A DNA stretch of 64,000 bases from Takakia lepidozioides (GCA_030704615.1 CM060733.1:68448001-68512000); one strand, 5' to 3'. Positions 1 to 13,586 are shown, counted from the first letter of the stretch. Notes: generated by a model from the sequence alone, not told the origin. Numbers and translations: made by a program.

Positions 1-291
1 GACAAAGAGGGAAAGGAGGAAGAAGAGGTCAATGAGGAAAGATTGGCGATGCAAGAGCAGGATTTTGGAGAGCAACAACAGCCCCCCATACTGCCGAGAA
101 CGGGTGAGGAGGAGACTGCATCCGAGGGAGAGACGAACGCCAAAGAGGATATTGATGCTGGCCTCATGAAGAAGCAGATAGTGGAAAAGACGATGGGGGA
201 GATGCTCCAGAACATGCTCGGCGTAGACAACAGTCCCAAGCGCAAAGGGTCTCCTGCGATTGGAAAGACATCCAACGCAGCACAAAGAAAG
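1..291 (+). CDS. Possible exon of an unknown acidic/charged protein, running off the window start
   Basis: Open Glu/Lys-rich frame (…EQDFGEQQQPP…SPKRKGSP…AAQRK) ending at a plausible AAG|GTAC donor at 291/292, just before the palindrome array. No recognisable domain. Confidence 0.3.
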
Positions 292-344
292 GTACAAGTG
301 ATGTTCACTGCTACCTTTTGTTTTGCTTCATGTTATGCTGGCCC

Positions 345-1603
345 AGTGTGCGGTGCCGCACACTCTGTATGCTCCGTGTGTATGCAGAGGATTGTGGATG
401 CAGGAGAGAGTGTGCGGTGCCGCACACTGTCAGTCTCCCCTCTGAGACTATGAATTTTGGAGTGAGATGGAAGCTTGAAGCAGTGTGCGCCACCGCACAA
501 TGTTTCTGGCCCTTCAAATTGGTTCGAAACCGTGGCAAGCTGAAATATGTGCAAGCAGAAACCACTGTGCGGTGCCGCACACTGTTGCTGCAGGTCTTTC
601 AAGTTGTTTAGGGTTTGCTGGTCGCTATCTATATCCGTTCCCCAAAACTTCAAACAAAGAAAAATGGAAGCACGAAACAGTGTACGGCACCGCACACTGC
701 TTGTGCCCCTCTTCTTTGCTTCATTTTCATGTGAAAATGCTCCATTACAGGAGTGTCTTGCAGGTATCAAGCACACATAATTTGAAGCATGAAACAGTGT
801 GCAACACCGCACACTGTTTGTGCCCCTCATCTTGTTTTTTTTTTAATGTCAAAATGAGCCAGACCAGGCCAGTCTGTGATGTATCAAACACATGCAGATG
901 GAAGCACGAAACAGTGTGCGGCAATGCACAGTGTTTGTGCCCCCCCTATTTTGCTTGTTTTTTATGTCAAAATGTACCACACTGGGCCAGTCTGTGGTGT
1001 ATCAAACACACGTAGATGGAAGCACAAAATAGTGTGCGGCAACGCACACTGTTTGTGCCCCCATTTTTTGCTTGTTTTTTATGTCAAAATGTACCACACC
1101 AGGCCAGTCTGTGGTTATCAAACAAACGTAGATGGAAGCACGAAATAGTGTGCGTTGCCGCACACTGTTTGTGCCCCTCTACTTGATTTTTTTTCTATGT
1201 CAAAATGTACCGCACCAGCAGTGTCTGCCAGGTACCAAACACAACCAATTTGAAGCACGAAACAGTGTGCAGCAACGCACACTGTTTGTGCCCCCCTATT
1301 TTGCTTGTTTATGATGTCAAAATGTACTACACCAGGCCAGTCTGAGGTGTATCAAACACACGTAGATGGAAGCACGAAACAGTGTGCGGTAATGCACACT
1401 GTTAGTGCCCCCCTTTTTTGCTTGTTATTTATGTCTAAATGTACCAGACCAGGCCAGTCTATCATGTATCAAACACACCTAGATGGAAGCCCGAAACAGT
1501 GTGCGGCAACGCACACTGTTTGTGCCCCCCTTTTTTGCTTGTTTTTTACGTCAAAATGAACCAGACCAGGCCTGTCTGTGATGTATCAAACACACCTAAG
1601 ATT
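345..1603. repeat. Palindrome array: about 8 tandem 117-bp units (667-1603) plus 4 isolated upstream copies; core AAACAGTGTGCG-N4-CGCACACTGTTT
   Basis: GAAGC landmark recurs at 667, 784, 901, 1019, 1135, 1252, 1369 and 1486. The hairpin core is also seen at about 346, 410, 483 and 565. Confidence 0.9.
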
Positions 1604-3962
1604 GAGGGACAAGGTGACGATGCCAATAGTGAAGGAGTAGGCCAAGTGGTTTTGGTTTGTTGACTGTTGAACAAAGAGGATAGTGAGCTGGCCATCAAGA
1701 ATGGTGAGCCCCCAAAAGGAAGAGATGGGGGAAGGGGGGCCGGCTTGCAGGGATAGAATCCATTGAGGGCTGATGGACTGGATAATGGCATCATAACCTA
1801 GAGAAGCCCATGTCTTTCCAACAGTGAGCGAGATGGATTCCTGACTTCTGAGGTTGTTGTCTCCCCACAGGTTAAAGATCTGGCTAATCCCCAAATTGTC
1901 CCTAGCTGACCAGCGTTTGGCCTGAGAACGTTGGAGGGCAGAGGGTGAGACGTTGGTGTTCAAAAAAAAGTGTTGGTGCATGATTTCATGGTATGAGGTG
2001 GGTTCTGCCTTCAAAGGAAGGAATTCCTGGAAGGAATTTAGTCCTCCGCAGTCGTTGGCACATTACTACCAGATCATGCGCATTTGGTTGCCAGTGACAA
2101 CTCAGACTAAGGTTCTTCCAAACAATTGACCCATTGAGGATCATCACTTTGCAAGGTACTGGTCTGAGGCAGGCACCATGCTGAAGGAATTAATGGCCTT
2201 CCAGGTTGTACATGGGTACATCTATACCAAGACCAAGGAAGTATCTAGTATTGTCATGGGCTGTGGATTATACTATGCTGCTTGTTTCATGGCACGTTAT
2301 CACATTGAGCAGCAGAAGATGCAATCACAATTTCTGAGTTATTCCAGTGGGGATCATTGGGTCTTACCTTCAGTGCCACCTCATATGTACCTGTATAATG
2401 CGAAAGTTATGATGCAGAAGGATTCCCAACTTCGTTCATGGTTTAATTTGGCTTGGAACAACTTGGCAACAGCGAAATTGGGCCCTGATGATATTTTCTA
2501 TAAGGGACATGAAGCCTAGAAATACTTACACTGTTCCAAAGTCATTGGCACACCTCTCACCTATACGGCTAAGGAGTTCAGGGCGTTCACTCATTTTGCT
2601 TGCACGCGCTTACAGCAAGTAGTACAGTTTAAGCTTCCAGACATGGTGGGACAACATTGTATGCCACACAGGATTCCGGAGAAGCCACTTAAAGTTCGGC
2701 CGTTAAAACACCTAAGGGGGGACGATGATTCTGATACTACTGGTTCTTCAGGGGAATCTTTTGACATGGCAGAGGACTATGCACTCCAGATGGCAGAGAA
2801 GAAAAGACGGGGATCTCCTATGCCTGAGAGGTTACCTCGTTATCAACCACAGGAGGGTCAGACATTTCCAGGTAGTGCTCAATTGCCTCCATCAGCCAGT
2901 GACAGGGCTCGAGCTCGCACACGGAGTCCTTCACGAGACTCTCACCGTCATAAGGGTGTTTGCTCACAAAGGTTTGCTGATCCTAAACAGTAAACCGTGA
3001 GGACACGGCTTTTTGAAAGGGGGAGGGGTAATGTTAGAGGGCTGTTTGGGACTTAGACGCTTTTACGGGTTCTGTGGGGTACCCTTAATTTTTGTGCAGA
3101 CTTACGGATGGTAGACTGAGACCAACAGGAGCCTTAGGGGGCTTAAGGGGGGGGTTGACAGCCCGACACAGTCTGTCACAGCCCGACGCAGCTTTGCACA
3201 GCCAGTCACAGCCCGACACAGTCTGACACAGCCCGACATAGCTTCGCACAGCCAGTCACAACCCGACACAACTTTACACAACCAGTCACAGCTCGGCACA
3301 GTCACAGCTCGACACAGCTTGGCACAGCCTGTCGCAGCGTACATAGGGAACGGTTATCATTGACAAGGAACGACTGTGTGGGAACGACATCTGCAGAGGG
3401 AACGTGTTACTTGGGTGACAGTTAGTTAGTTAGGTGGTTAGAACAGCTTGCGGGTAGATTAGGCAGGGCGGCAACAGGAAGGGGATCACTTCTTGAGGAG
3501 CGCGACTTGGTCAGGGGAGGAGGAGACGAAACGGAGAGCGGAAACAGTGAAGAGGAGATGATGACTTGATTGAGGCTTAATTCATGCAAGCTGTAGAATC
3601 ATATAGTAGGGTAGATTAGGAACACCATGGCATTGGCATGATACCTGATTAATCTTAATCTGATACTTATTCGATACAATCATACTGTGTAGAGAGACAT
3701 GAGAGAAGTTGTGGAGTGAATGAATGATTGATTGGAACTCGGTAGATACTGAAGCAATCTGATGCTTCAGTATACATAGTGAGGTAAATAGATAACATGA
3801 AGGCAAGAAGGAATACAAATAGGAAGCACAACCATGATTCACTAGCTGTAGGTCATGACTGATTGTTCTGAGCGGGCTGGGTGCTTAGAGATATCCAACT
3901 CTTCTATCTTGGAGTTTCCACCTCGGATAGCGAAGGGATGGGTGAGTAAAAGCCGCTCGACA
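1604..3962 (+). mobile_element. 3' remnant of an LTR retrotransposon (element A): decayed extra ORF, PPT and 3' LTR
   Basis: Stop-interrupted reading frame at about 1650-2993. Purine tract GAAAGGGGGAGGGG (3015-3028) is followed by TGTTAG at 3032. The LTR end …CGACA at 3962 is supported by an inverted homologous copy starting TGTCG at 6955. Confidence 0.7.
3032..3962 (+). repeat. LTR of element A (about 931 bp), with a 10-bp ACAGCCCGAC-type minisatellite at 3158-3340
   Basis: TG…CA termini, preceded by a PPT. Confidence 0.7.
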
Positions 3963-4882
3963 CCGCCCCGTCTGTTTCTTTGCCTGATCCACCTCCGGTT
4001 TTACCTGATCCGGACGTTGTACCCTCGGCTGCACCTCCGACATTACATCCTCAACCACCTCCACTTTCATCTCCTCCGCCAGCAATACCACCTCCACCTC
4101 CACCTCCATGTGCATGTGCCCCCCGAACCCCTAGGAGGGGTCGGCTTCACCCTAGGTTTCCTCCCCTTCGGCTTGGGCGGGCTGAGCCGGATCCTCGCCC
4201 CCGATGGGAAGCGCATAGGACTATGTTACTGAGGACCGTCTAGCCTCGTTGTTGGGGGAATCATCTCGACCCTCCCACCCCCATCCGAGAAAATGTGAAG
4301 TTCGAGTATTGGGGGAGACGGTATGTTGTGAGAGCCGTTACAGACCTTGCTATGGGTCGGGGTTTATTCACGGTCAATGATATTGTGGTTCCTCCTCGGA
4401 AAAACAGCATGGTGGACTTGTTTCCCTACTACGGTCCATACTACACCTCCGCGGAGTTCCGTACATTACGCCTCGAAGCCCCATACATCCTACCCTACAT
4501 TTTGTGTGTCAACGGACAGGATGTACGTAGACAGGGGTTGTCTCCCATTGAGATCAGATTTTGTGATGGTGACCCCGACATCTTCAACAATGTTGCTGGG
4601 CTGGTCAATAGTTCTTTTGGTCATCCTAGGAGAACCAATGTAGTATGGGACGAGCAAAGCGATGGGCATGAGAGCTTTTGTGGTCATACGTCAGTATACT
4701 GTGAGGGGATGCACATGTTTGTGATGACATGTGCTAGTAGGACTATTAGGGCTGGCAACGAACTATTTGCATCATACGAGTTCTCCCGGGATGATTGGGA
4801 CCTCCGATTACAGCGTGAGTGGGATGTGTATGATAGAAATAGGGTTCCTTTGAGACAGGGATCGCGTAGAGGGGCATTGTAG
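3963..4882 (+). pseudogene. Divergent SET-domain protein with a Pro-rich N-terminal region; 5' truncated at the LTR, one in-frame stop
   Basis: ORFs 3980-4243 and 4295-4882 share a frame (TAG at 4241-4243). Motifs MGRGLF…DI, LFPYYG, NVAGLVNSS…N and ASRTIRAGNELFASY follow the SET order GxGxF / EYxG / RFxNHS / RDIxxGEELxxDY. Confidence 0.75.
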
Positions 4883-5973
4883 ATATTCTCATGATGTACT
4901 TTGTATACATCCGATTAATCGATTGATGTAAAAAAAATTCTTGTTGCTCGTGTGGGTTGCAACTTTGCATATGTGATCTAAACATACTTATGCACATGCA
5001 GACCAAATATGAGCTTGAACCAAGTTGATTCAATGGGTCATTCTAGTCTTGAACGCAGCTACGTGTCATAGAGACGGAAAATTGTGTTTCGCCTGCAGAT
5101 GATTTTTTTTTTATTCCATTTTCAAGCCATATGCTTAATGATAGCATATGCAATGTGCGAGCGAAATTTGGGAATAAACAAAAGTCATTTGGACCCATAA
5201 CCAGATTTTGTTCTCTCATTTGCATTCCAAAGTTGAGTTATCTTCAACTTCATGCACTCTTTATAGAGAGTTCTGCAAAAGTGACCCTTGAAACACACTT
5301 ATTTTTTTTCCATTTTTTTTTTGTCCCATGTTTTTCATAGATGTAGTGGTGCAAAGCCCAATGTCACAGAATAAAATAGAGCTAAAAATAAAATCATTAC
5401 GCCTCTCAAAACTGCAATCATATATTTTCTAAATGCAAATATTTATTTTAAATTCATTTAAATTCGATTTAATTCAAAATTGGTGCAAGGGTGAGGGGCT
5501 CAGGCCAATTGAATAGCCCCGTCATGAAACGCTTCACAACATTTTCTAGTTTGTACTGCAACTCTACTGTGTCTACACACAAGTTTTCCAGAGCGGAAGC
5601 AAAACAGGTTCCAGTAGACATATCGTTGAACAAGCTTGCATCGAACGTGTTACCTCCATTTATTGCCTGGGCTATCTTCCCAATTGCAAAGGTCGCTGAC
5701 ACAAATTTTTTACATAGGTATTAACTTATGAAGGTTTATCTAAAAATGGATGTCGGTGCATTATAAGCAGCTGTATGAACGTTTATCGAGAACAAAATTT
5801 TGTTTTAATTGTAGTAAATGGTGACAACCTACAAATTTTGTGTGTACATACCAATAAATAATACATATGATTCATAAATGTAATGACCAAAGTTGATACA
5901 TTTATTATAGTAGCTTATTTTTTTCCATTTCCCTTAGGACTCCTTAGGGCCATTTTGGCAAGGATGTGGTGGT

Positions 5974-6950
5974 GTGAGGGTTCAACTCACAGAACAAAAT
6001 CAAGCCAAAAATCCAGTAGCAGGGAGTGCTCAGGGGCCAACACCTGGTGGGAGTTCCACCACTACAACAGTAGGTCCTCAAGGACCAGCACCAACAGGAG
6101 GACCAGCACCTGTCAGTGGGCAGGGTGTAGGGCCACAGATGGCGGTACCTCCAACGCAGGCAAAACCACCTTTTCCAATATATGCAGGAAAATGGGATCC
6201 TGATGTACACATTAGCCAATTTGAGCACATGTGTATTGTGAACAATGAGAATGGCGATGATGCCAAGATGAGACTGTTTCCTTGTTCACTTATCAAGAAA
6301 GCGAGTGAATGGTATGCAAGATTTCCTAATAATCATTTCCTAACCTGGAATGGCCTTAGTACAACATTCCAAACCAGGTTCAGGACAAGCAAAACTGAGG
6401 ATGAAGTGTATGGGAGTTTACAACAGTTAAAGCAGATGAAGCATGAAACTGTTGAAGAGTACATGGAAAAGATGGAGTTAATGATGAAAAAACTGGCTAC
6501 TGTACCAGCACCAGGGTTATAGAGACCTGTTTTGTGAGTGGACTAAGACCCTGAATTACAAAAGAAAGTGGATATGCTACCTCATAACACAGTGGAAGAG
6601 GCATTCGAACGCCACAGAATTGAGCAATTGGAATGCTCAGGAGAGATAAAGGGATGATGAGGACTCTGAAGATGAGTCAGATGAGGAAGAAGAGCAAGAG
6701 CTCAAGAGGAAGAGCTCAAGAGGAAGAGCAAGAAAAAGAAAAAGATGAAGAGGGACAATTATGAGAAAAGACTGGCAAGAATCTTGAAGAAGTATGCCAC
6801 AGAGGCTGCAACACATTGGAGGAAGGCTGTTTGATGTGCAAAATGCCAGAATGAAGGCCATACCACAGCTGAATGCCACATGAAGAGAAACACTATACTA
6901 TTTGTAAAATGGATAACCATTCTACTGAGAATTGTTATTACAATAGAAGG
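5974..6950 (+). pseudogene. gag: gag of element B (retrotransposon gag core and zinc-knuckle remnants)
   Basis: DPDVHISQF…RLFPCSL…ASEWY…TWNGLSTTFQTRF…LKQMKHETVEEY, then frameshifts and C-x2-C-x4-H-x4-C remnants at about 6830-6935. Confidence 0.85.
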
Positions 6951-6954
6951 ACAG

Positions 6955-7120
6955 TGTCGCGCGGCTTTTACTCACCCATCCCTTCGCTATCCGAGGTGGG
7001 AACTCCAAGATAGAAAGATTGGAAATCTCTAAGCACTCAGCCCGCTCAGAACAATCAGTCAGACCTACAGCTAGTGTATCACGGGGGTGTTTCCTATTTG
7101 TACTCCTTTCCGCATTCATG
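6955..7120 (-). repeat. Inverted fragment of an element-A-family LTR 3' end inside element B gag-pol
   Basis: Reverse complement matches about 3795-3962 closely. Confidence 0.85.
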
Positions 7121-8753
7121 ATAAGAGGAGTTAAGATACATATCCCAGAGATGATCTTTAAGATCACAGTGACTGTGTTGAAAATGGATGATGTTATGGA
7201 AACTTACTCCTTATTGCTGGGTCGACCATGGCAGAAACAGGCCAGGGTATTCCATGACTAGAATTCCCAGTTACTTACTGTGCATGATGGGAGGCACAAG
7301 ATACAGGTTACCACTAAGAAATCTAGTAGGCTACCTGCTACCAGAAGACCTCGTGGAGTCAGAGAGTATGGCTGGAGGGGAGGACTTGATGGGAGGAGCA
7401 GGAAGCCTACACTGTTTGCTGCACACCCAGAGTGGGAACAGGTTGCAGAAATGCAACTGGGAGGCCTGAGGTGCTTAAAAGGTATCTGCTATGGTGCAGT
7501 AACAGCAACACCAATTGAGGGGGAACAAGTAGTTACCACCACATTTCTATGAGGAAAGAGAGGGAGATGGAAATCCTAGAAAAACCAGCCACTGTGAGTT
7601 TACAGGATGAAGTAGTGGCTGGATGGACAACATCATCTCTGAAGAGCAGGTGAGAGAAGTGAATGTGGGAATTGAGGAGGAACCAAGAATGGTGAAAGTG
7701 GGGGTTGACTTGGAGCCAGAATTCTTTGAGGAAGCTAAGAGCCTGTTCATCAAATACAGAGATGTATTGCTTGGAGCTATGAGGATCTGAAAGGGATACC
7801 ACCTGAGATCTGCCAGCATAAGATTGAACTGGAACCAGGGTCAGTACCAATCAAACAGGCAAGGTACAGAGTGAATCCCAACTATGCACAGAAGGTTGGG
7901 AAGAGATCAGAAGCTGGCTGAAGCTAGTTCAATATACCCTATAGAGTATACGACTTGGCTATCACCCATTGTGATAGTTCCCAAGAAGAATGGTAAACTG
8001 AGAGTTTGTGTGAACTATAAGAAGTTGAATGCTTGTACAAAGAAAGATCCATTTCCTTTGCCATTCACAGAAGCGGTACTGGACACTGTGGCAGGCCATG
8101 AGATATACTCATTCATGGATGGCTTCAGTGGGTATAACCAAGTGCAAGTGGCGGAAGAAGACCAGGGAAAGACAGCTTTCATCACAGACTGGGGTGCTAA
8201 TGCATACAAAGTCATGCCTTTTTTACTTTGTAATGCACCAGCAACTTTCCAGAGAGTGATAAGTGGATCTTTCCATGAGTATTTGGATGATTTCATGCAA
8301 GTGTTCTTAGATGACTTTAGTGTGTACAGCTCTAAGAATGAGCACTTGCAGAAGTTGGAGTTATGTTTGGCCAGATGCAGGATGAGAGGTCTTGGTCTGA
8401 ATCTAGAAAAGTGTATTTTCTGCATGAACTCACGGGTACTATTGGGACACATTGTGTGTAAAAAGGCACTGCTTGTGGATCCTAGAAAGACAGAGGCTAT
8501 TAAAGCCTCACCACTACCAAAGTAACGTCAAGGGTCTAAGGAGGTTCCTGGGACAAACTACGTATTATATAAAGGTTTGTCAGGCGGTATGCTTAGATGG
8601 CAGCACCATTGAGCAAGCTTTTGAAGAAGGATGCAGTGGTTGCATGGACAGCTGAATGTCAACAGGCATTTGAGGCACTTACACTGTCAGTAACAACTAC
8701 ACCTGTGCTGATTAACCCGCATTGACATGTAGTATTTCATGTACACTGTGATG
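7121..8753 (+). pseudogene. pol: pol of element B, part 1 (protease C-terminus, RT, start of RNase H)
   Basis: LLGRPW; WLSPIVIVPKKNGKLRVCVNYKKLN; DGFSGYNQV; MPFLLCNAPATFQR; VFLDDFSVY; with stops and frameshifts. Confidence 0.95.
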
Positions 8754-9569
8754 GAGGTTTACTATTTCATGAGCAGAAACCATGAGCCATGAGCCATGAC
8801 CCATGAGCCGCATGAGCGGTGAGCCGAAGTCTAAGACACGCGGATTTCATGAGCGGACTCCTCCAAATTTGGAAATGCGGCAGATTAAACAAGTATTAAA
8901 ACAATAGTTTTCTATTTGCCTTGCCGTTTTTGGAAGTTACAGATCCTGTAATGCGGCGAAGATATGTCGTCAGTAACAACTCGCTCATGGTTTTTTTAGA
9001 TCCACTCATGGAAATGAGTGACCGTGCAACGAGAAATCCAGTATACCACGGCAAAAGGACGTCGCATACTGGCATGTATAGAGTATTCCGCGGTTTTACA
9101 TGCCTTAACATTGGAATGAAGCTGACCCTTTTGCCGCGACTGAACCAATAGAGTCTGCACAATTTTGTCATCTTCCAGTATTCGGCGGGAACGTCTTACG
9201 ACTCAACTAGGAAATGCGGTGCCGCATTAGGGTTCGCACGTGCGAAATTTCTGGGCAGTTTGGTGTTGGTGAATGCCGCATCTACCAGTACCTACGACGT
9301 TACTTGGAAATGCGGCGCCGCATTTCCTTGCCGGGGGTCGAATGAGGAAAGCAAAGTTTGGAGAGCAGAAAAACAGGAACCCTCCAACACACAAAAATAC
9401 ATGCACGTGGAAACACGAGTGAATGACATAGTATTATCTTAGTTCGAGAAAAACAGGTTACTGGTAGGCAAGACATAAGTCGGACTTTTCTGTGGCCAGG
9501 TCAAGCTACTTGCAGCAGTACAGTTCTACTATCCGAAAAGGATGGGCGTACCATAGTGTTGGGACCGCA

Positions 9570-12500
9570 AGCCAAGGTCACTGGTCCCCTGGATCCATAT
9601 TCAGAAGAGTGTGCACCTCTTTGGGCTCAACCCTGGTGCATGTATGAAGTGATGAGTTGTGGAGTTACACCGGAGTCCTCTTTAGGTACACGTAGTACAG
9701 ATGCTTGCAAGGGCAGTATGATGCCCCCTTGTTCGCCATGATCTGGAAGTCGGTGCAATTGCAGGTGGGTAATTCTGAAATGGTGATGGTGTACACCTCA
9801 TTGCGAACAGCTGAGCCTGCCGTGGCCATCTGATACACACGCCCAAAGCCTGGTGGGGGCACTTCTTCTGTCGCTCTGGATTGTACAGTTCATCCGAAGT
9901 GCATTCCCCATCCTTGTCTCGTTCACCTTTTGAGGGAGGTCGCCGCCTCTTCGGTTTCCCCCAACGGTGTGTAGGATGCTTAGAGCTGTCGGTCCCATTG
10001 TTCTTGCTCTCATAGGGGTCGGTGGTGGAGGCTGTGGAAGCGGAAATGGTGTCTGGGGACGTCAGTGCGCTGCCACCATCCGAATCCCTGCGGCGGTAAG
10101 GGCGTCGGCCTCAACCTGACTCTGATCGCACCTGGTTCCACCGGCCACACCGGGGGAGCCTCTGGCATTGTTTGTATGCCGTACTTGGGCTTTCCATACA
10201 CGCAAGTCATAATGTCGTGCCTGCAGAACCAGAACTGGGTGGTTGTCGCCTCCGCAAACTTTACATGGACAAATCTTCCTGTAAAAGTAGGAGCAGGGAC
10301 AACACCATCTGGATTCCTCCTTATCATCTCTAAACAACGTTGCCGTGTATCCACTCGAATTGCGGAACACCTGCCTCGAAACGACGGCTTTGAGCGAGCA
10401 ATTCTCCACTATGACACAGACACAGTCGTCTCCACAATGGCTTGGCCATACTGCATACAAGGCGGGCGGAATCTGGGGCAAGCGAGCGGTGGGAATTTCT
10501 CGCACGGAATCCCTGCTTGAAGGCGATGCCGATCTGGAATTGCGAGGGCTTCCACTGCTGGAAGACACATTGTGCGGCAACATGACGGGCCCTCGAGGTG
10601 CTGTCCGAATGTTCCTGTCGGATCTCCAGGAATCCTCTTCGCACCCGGGTTTCCTCTTCAATCCTCCACCTCACAGGGCGAGTACGGACGTCCCCCTCTA
10701 GGTGCTCACCTCTGCGGTGCAGAGGCGTCCCTTTGATTTTTCTCTCCAATGCTGTCGCCCATTTCAGTGGGATTCTTCGACCTCGAAGCTGTTCTCGCAC
10801 CAACAATTCCCCTGTCCGGCCCAAAGCCCCATTGTTTCCCTCGCAGGAACTTGTAGTACGTGGCTTGCTGCATGATTGCTCTGTCGATGTCCTCCGTTGT
10901 GGCCGTCACTACGTCCACCAGATGTGCGGCAGAAGACGCTCGCCAGGAGGAGTGCACTGATTCTGCCATATTCGTGTTCGGCATATCTGTGTCGGAATCC
11001 AAGCACCGCTCCTACAAGGACACAAACAATGGTGAGGAACCAATGGAAAGGTCTGTAATAGAAAGACAATTGCAACGAAAATGACAGCATCATACCTCCC
11101 GCATGTACTGTCCGCTGTCGATACCGAAATGCCACCACCCCAACCAGCTGTGCAAGGCTCCCAGATTGGTTGTCTCCACTGCACTTGACGTGTTCCACCC
11201 AGCCTCGATGATAGCAAACTTAACCTCCGCGTCATCAATGTGGGTGCATCCTTCCACGCCGTACAAAGGACACGGTGTTCAGCTGGAATGAGCTAGCAAC
11301 AAATTTGGTAGTGTAGTGAGATAGACTCTGCATCCAATGGAATCCACAAGATCTCTCTTTCCCCTCCATGGGAACATTGGGGTCCTCACCGTACACACGC
11401 CGCACCGCTGCCCAGTTGGCCTGAGCGTTGTCTGCCATGAATCCCTTGAAATTGGGCTTTGGCAATCCCAATCCCGCCCTGCCATCTGCTCGTTTATGCC
11501 CTCCCACAGATGCATCTCCGACTGCGTGTCCTCCCCTTTCATCTCGCAGATTGCAATCGTCATGAGCCTCTTGGAGTGATAGTCATAAACATGCGCACCC
11601 ATAGTCACCCACTGATGCTTTGTAATTCGCTTGATGTGATCAAACATCACCCAAGCATTCGACAAGTTTCCAGTTGTCATGCGAGTGACAAGTCGACTCC
11701 ACTCCCAGGCCCACACGTCGACATTTTAAAAATGTAACAACGATCGGATTCGCTGCCTTGCCCTGGAAACCTGCTACCTTGGATGTAGTCATATCCAGTC
11801 ATTTGTTTCACCCCCAGGATTGAGTGCATGTCCGACCCCCGGCCGAACTCCTGCTTGCAAGATACGATGTGATTCCGCACATTCGGACTACAAACGTGCG
11901 AGACGGACTCCAACAGGTCAAGCATCTCCTCTTCGTTCAAGGGCACTCGGTCTGAACCATCTTCAGACGTGATTTTGCCAAGAGCAATCTTGTGGGCTGC
12001 CTTCAGCTGAATCTGCTTTGGTCTGGCTCCGGGGCTCGATTTCACCTCCTCTTTTATGATGTCGTGTGCTTCCTGCACAGCCTCACGCATGTTGCCTCTC
12101 GCCAAGGGGTGGCAGTGGACCCCAACGTGTATGCAAGCTCTAGTCAAGTCCGGAGCAAATGGATAACGTAATATTGCTTGGCTCTGCACATGGACATGCA
12201 CGTCGGTGGTTCTTTGCAATGTGCGCACTTGAAAGTACCCGCAGGAGCTTGGCTGGAGACAATGAATGGATGATGCGTTGTGCCAGTCCAATCCGTCTCG
12301 TTTCTCTCCCGCCTTCCTTTGGAAAGAAAGTGGAAGCAGGCGGGATTGAGGCACCTCAGCTTCCCCGCATAGAGGACGTATCGTACACGAACACCATCAG
12401 CAATTTTCGTGCTACTGGTCTTCGTCACACACCAGGGGTGTCCGTCACACACCAGGGGTGTCCGTCATGCTTTCGATCCGTGTCTGTTAACATCCCTGAG

Positions 12501-13210
12501 GATTTGTTTGAGGAAGTAACAGGTGGAAACTCGAAGATGACATTGCCATCGACTTCGGGAGGCAGATACATTACCTTCCTGACTAGAAATTTGGCATAGT
12601 CGAGAGCAGCCAGCTCGGAGCGAGAACCATCGAGGTGATGTTGCCGTAGGAGCTGCACAATGGACCGGGTTGGAGTTATGCTCGAGGGTATATGCGTAGC
12701 ACCTGCAGAGACGTCCATGTCGGATTTAAACGACCGTGTGGAGGACATGGGGACCTCAATGCACTCATCTTCATCGTCGGAAATGTCGAATACGTCCACA
12801 CGAGAAGCTATGGAGGGTCTTGACGGTCCAGGTCGGGAATGATTATCGTTGCATACCTCTCTGTTGGCAGTGGCCGCCTGTCGGTTTCCGGACTCCTTTG
12901 TGGATGGTGTGGGCAGCAACTGATTCGGAAAGGGAATGGGCATTCCCACAGCTCGGTACAGGATGGTGTCTGATGGGGGTACGTGCCATTCGATTCCGCA
13001 ACCTCCGTCGTTACCTAGCACGACAATGGTCTCGTCAACCTGTCCAGGAAGATCCTTCCTTTCTTCTTCCAAATAAACTGTGCCCGGTTTGAGCTTGAAT
13101 TTGGAACAAAGGTAAGTTTCAGTCACTCTTCAAAGTCCTCCCTCGTTTAGGATCCAGGCTCTCCCAAGTTGCGGAGGACAGCAAACTATAGCGTAGGAAT
13201 TCGGAGCCAT
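9570..13210 (-). pseudogene. MULE transposase with N-terminal GCM-like zinc domain, DDE core and C-terminal SWIM finger (frameshifted)
   Basis: HDGHPW…LRCLNPAC…CAHC…C…GVHCHP (GCM/WRKY-like). WVMFDH, FMADNAQANW, CGFHW and NTNMAESVH give the D, D, CxxH and E residues. TCNCTDF…CKH is the SWIM finger. GT-AG intron at 11012-11095. ATG at 13210 aligns with the MULE-2 ATG at 28009. Confidence 0.85.
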
Positions 13211-13586
13211 CAAAAACTGCACGAAGTTGGCAAATCCGAGGTTCAGTATAGCGACAGACCAAGGCTCACAGGCACCATGCGGAGTCCATCGACGATTGGA
13301 AGTCGCACATTGAAGTGGAAAGTATTGTTTCAAGCTACATGCATGAAGGTGGGAGGTGTGATTCCAGTAAGTTAGACAATGATGGCCGATTCAGCGACGA
13401 AATAACATCTCCTGACAGTTTCTCTTGAGGGTGGATCCAGCAGTATTCTCGGTGCAGACAGGAACGTTCGCACTGACAAGCGCCAGTACTGTTAGTTAAA
13501 ACGGTCAGACAACCAAGTTGTGCTCATCAAGACTAGCCGCAATTGTGTTGTTTCAGAACAATGCAACCCATTCAGGTTCAGCATGC

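Noticed and set aside
311-1663. Many Cys-rich ORFs (VRCRTL, CAATH) on both strands
   Set aside because: They are translations of the palindromic tandem repeat.
5469-5724. Short ORF in an AT-rich segment as an extra cargo or viral gene
   Set aside because: No recognisable motif or ATG start; cannot be supported without a search.
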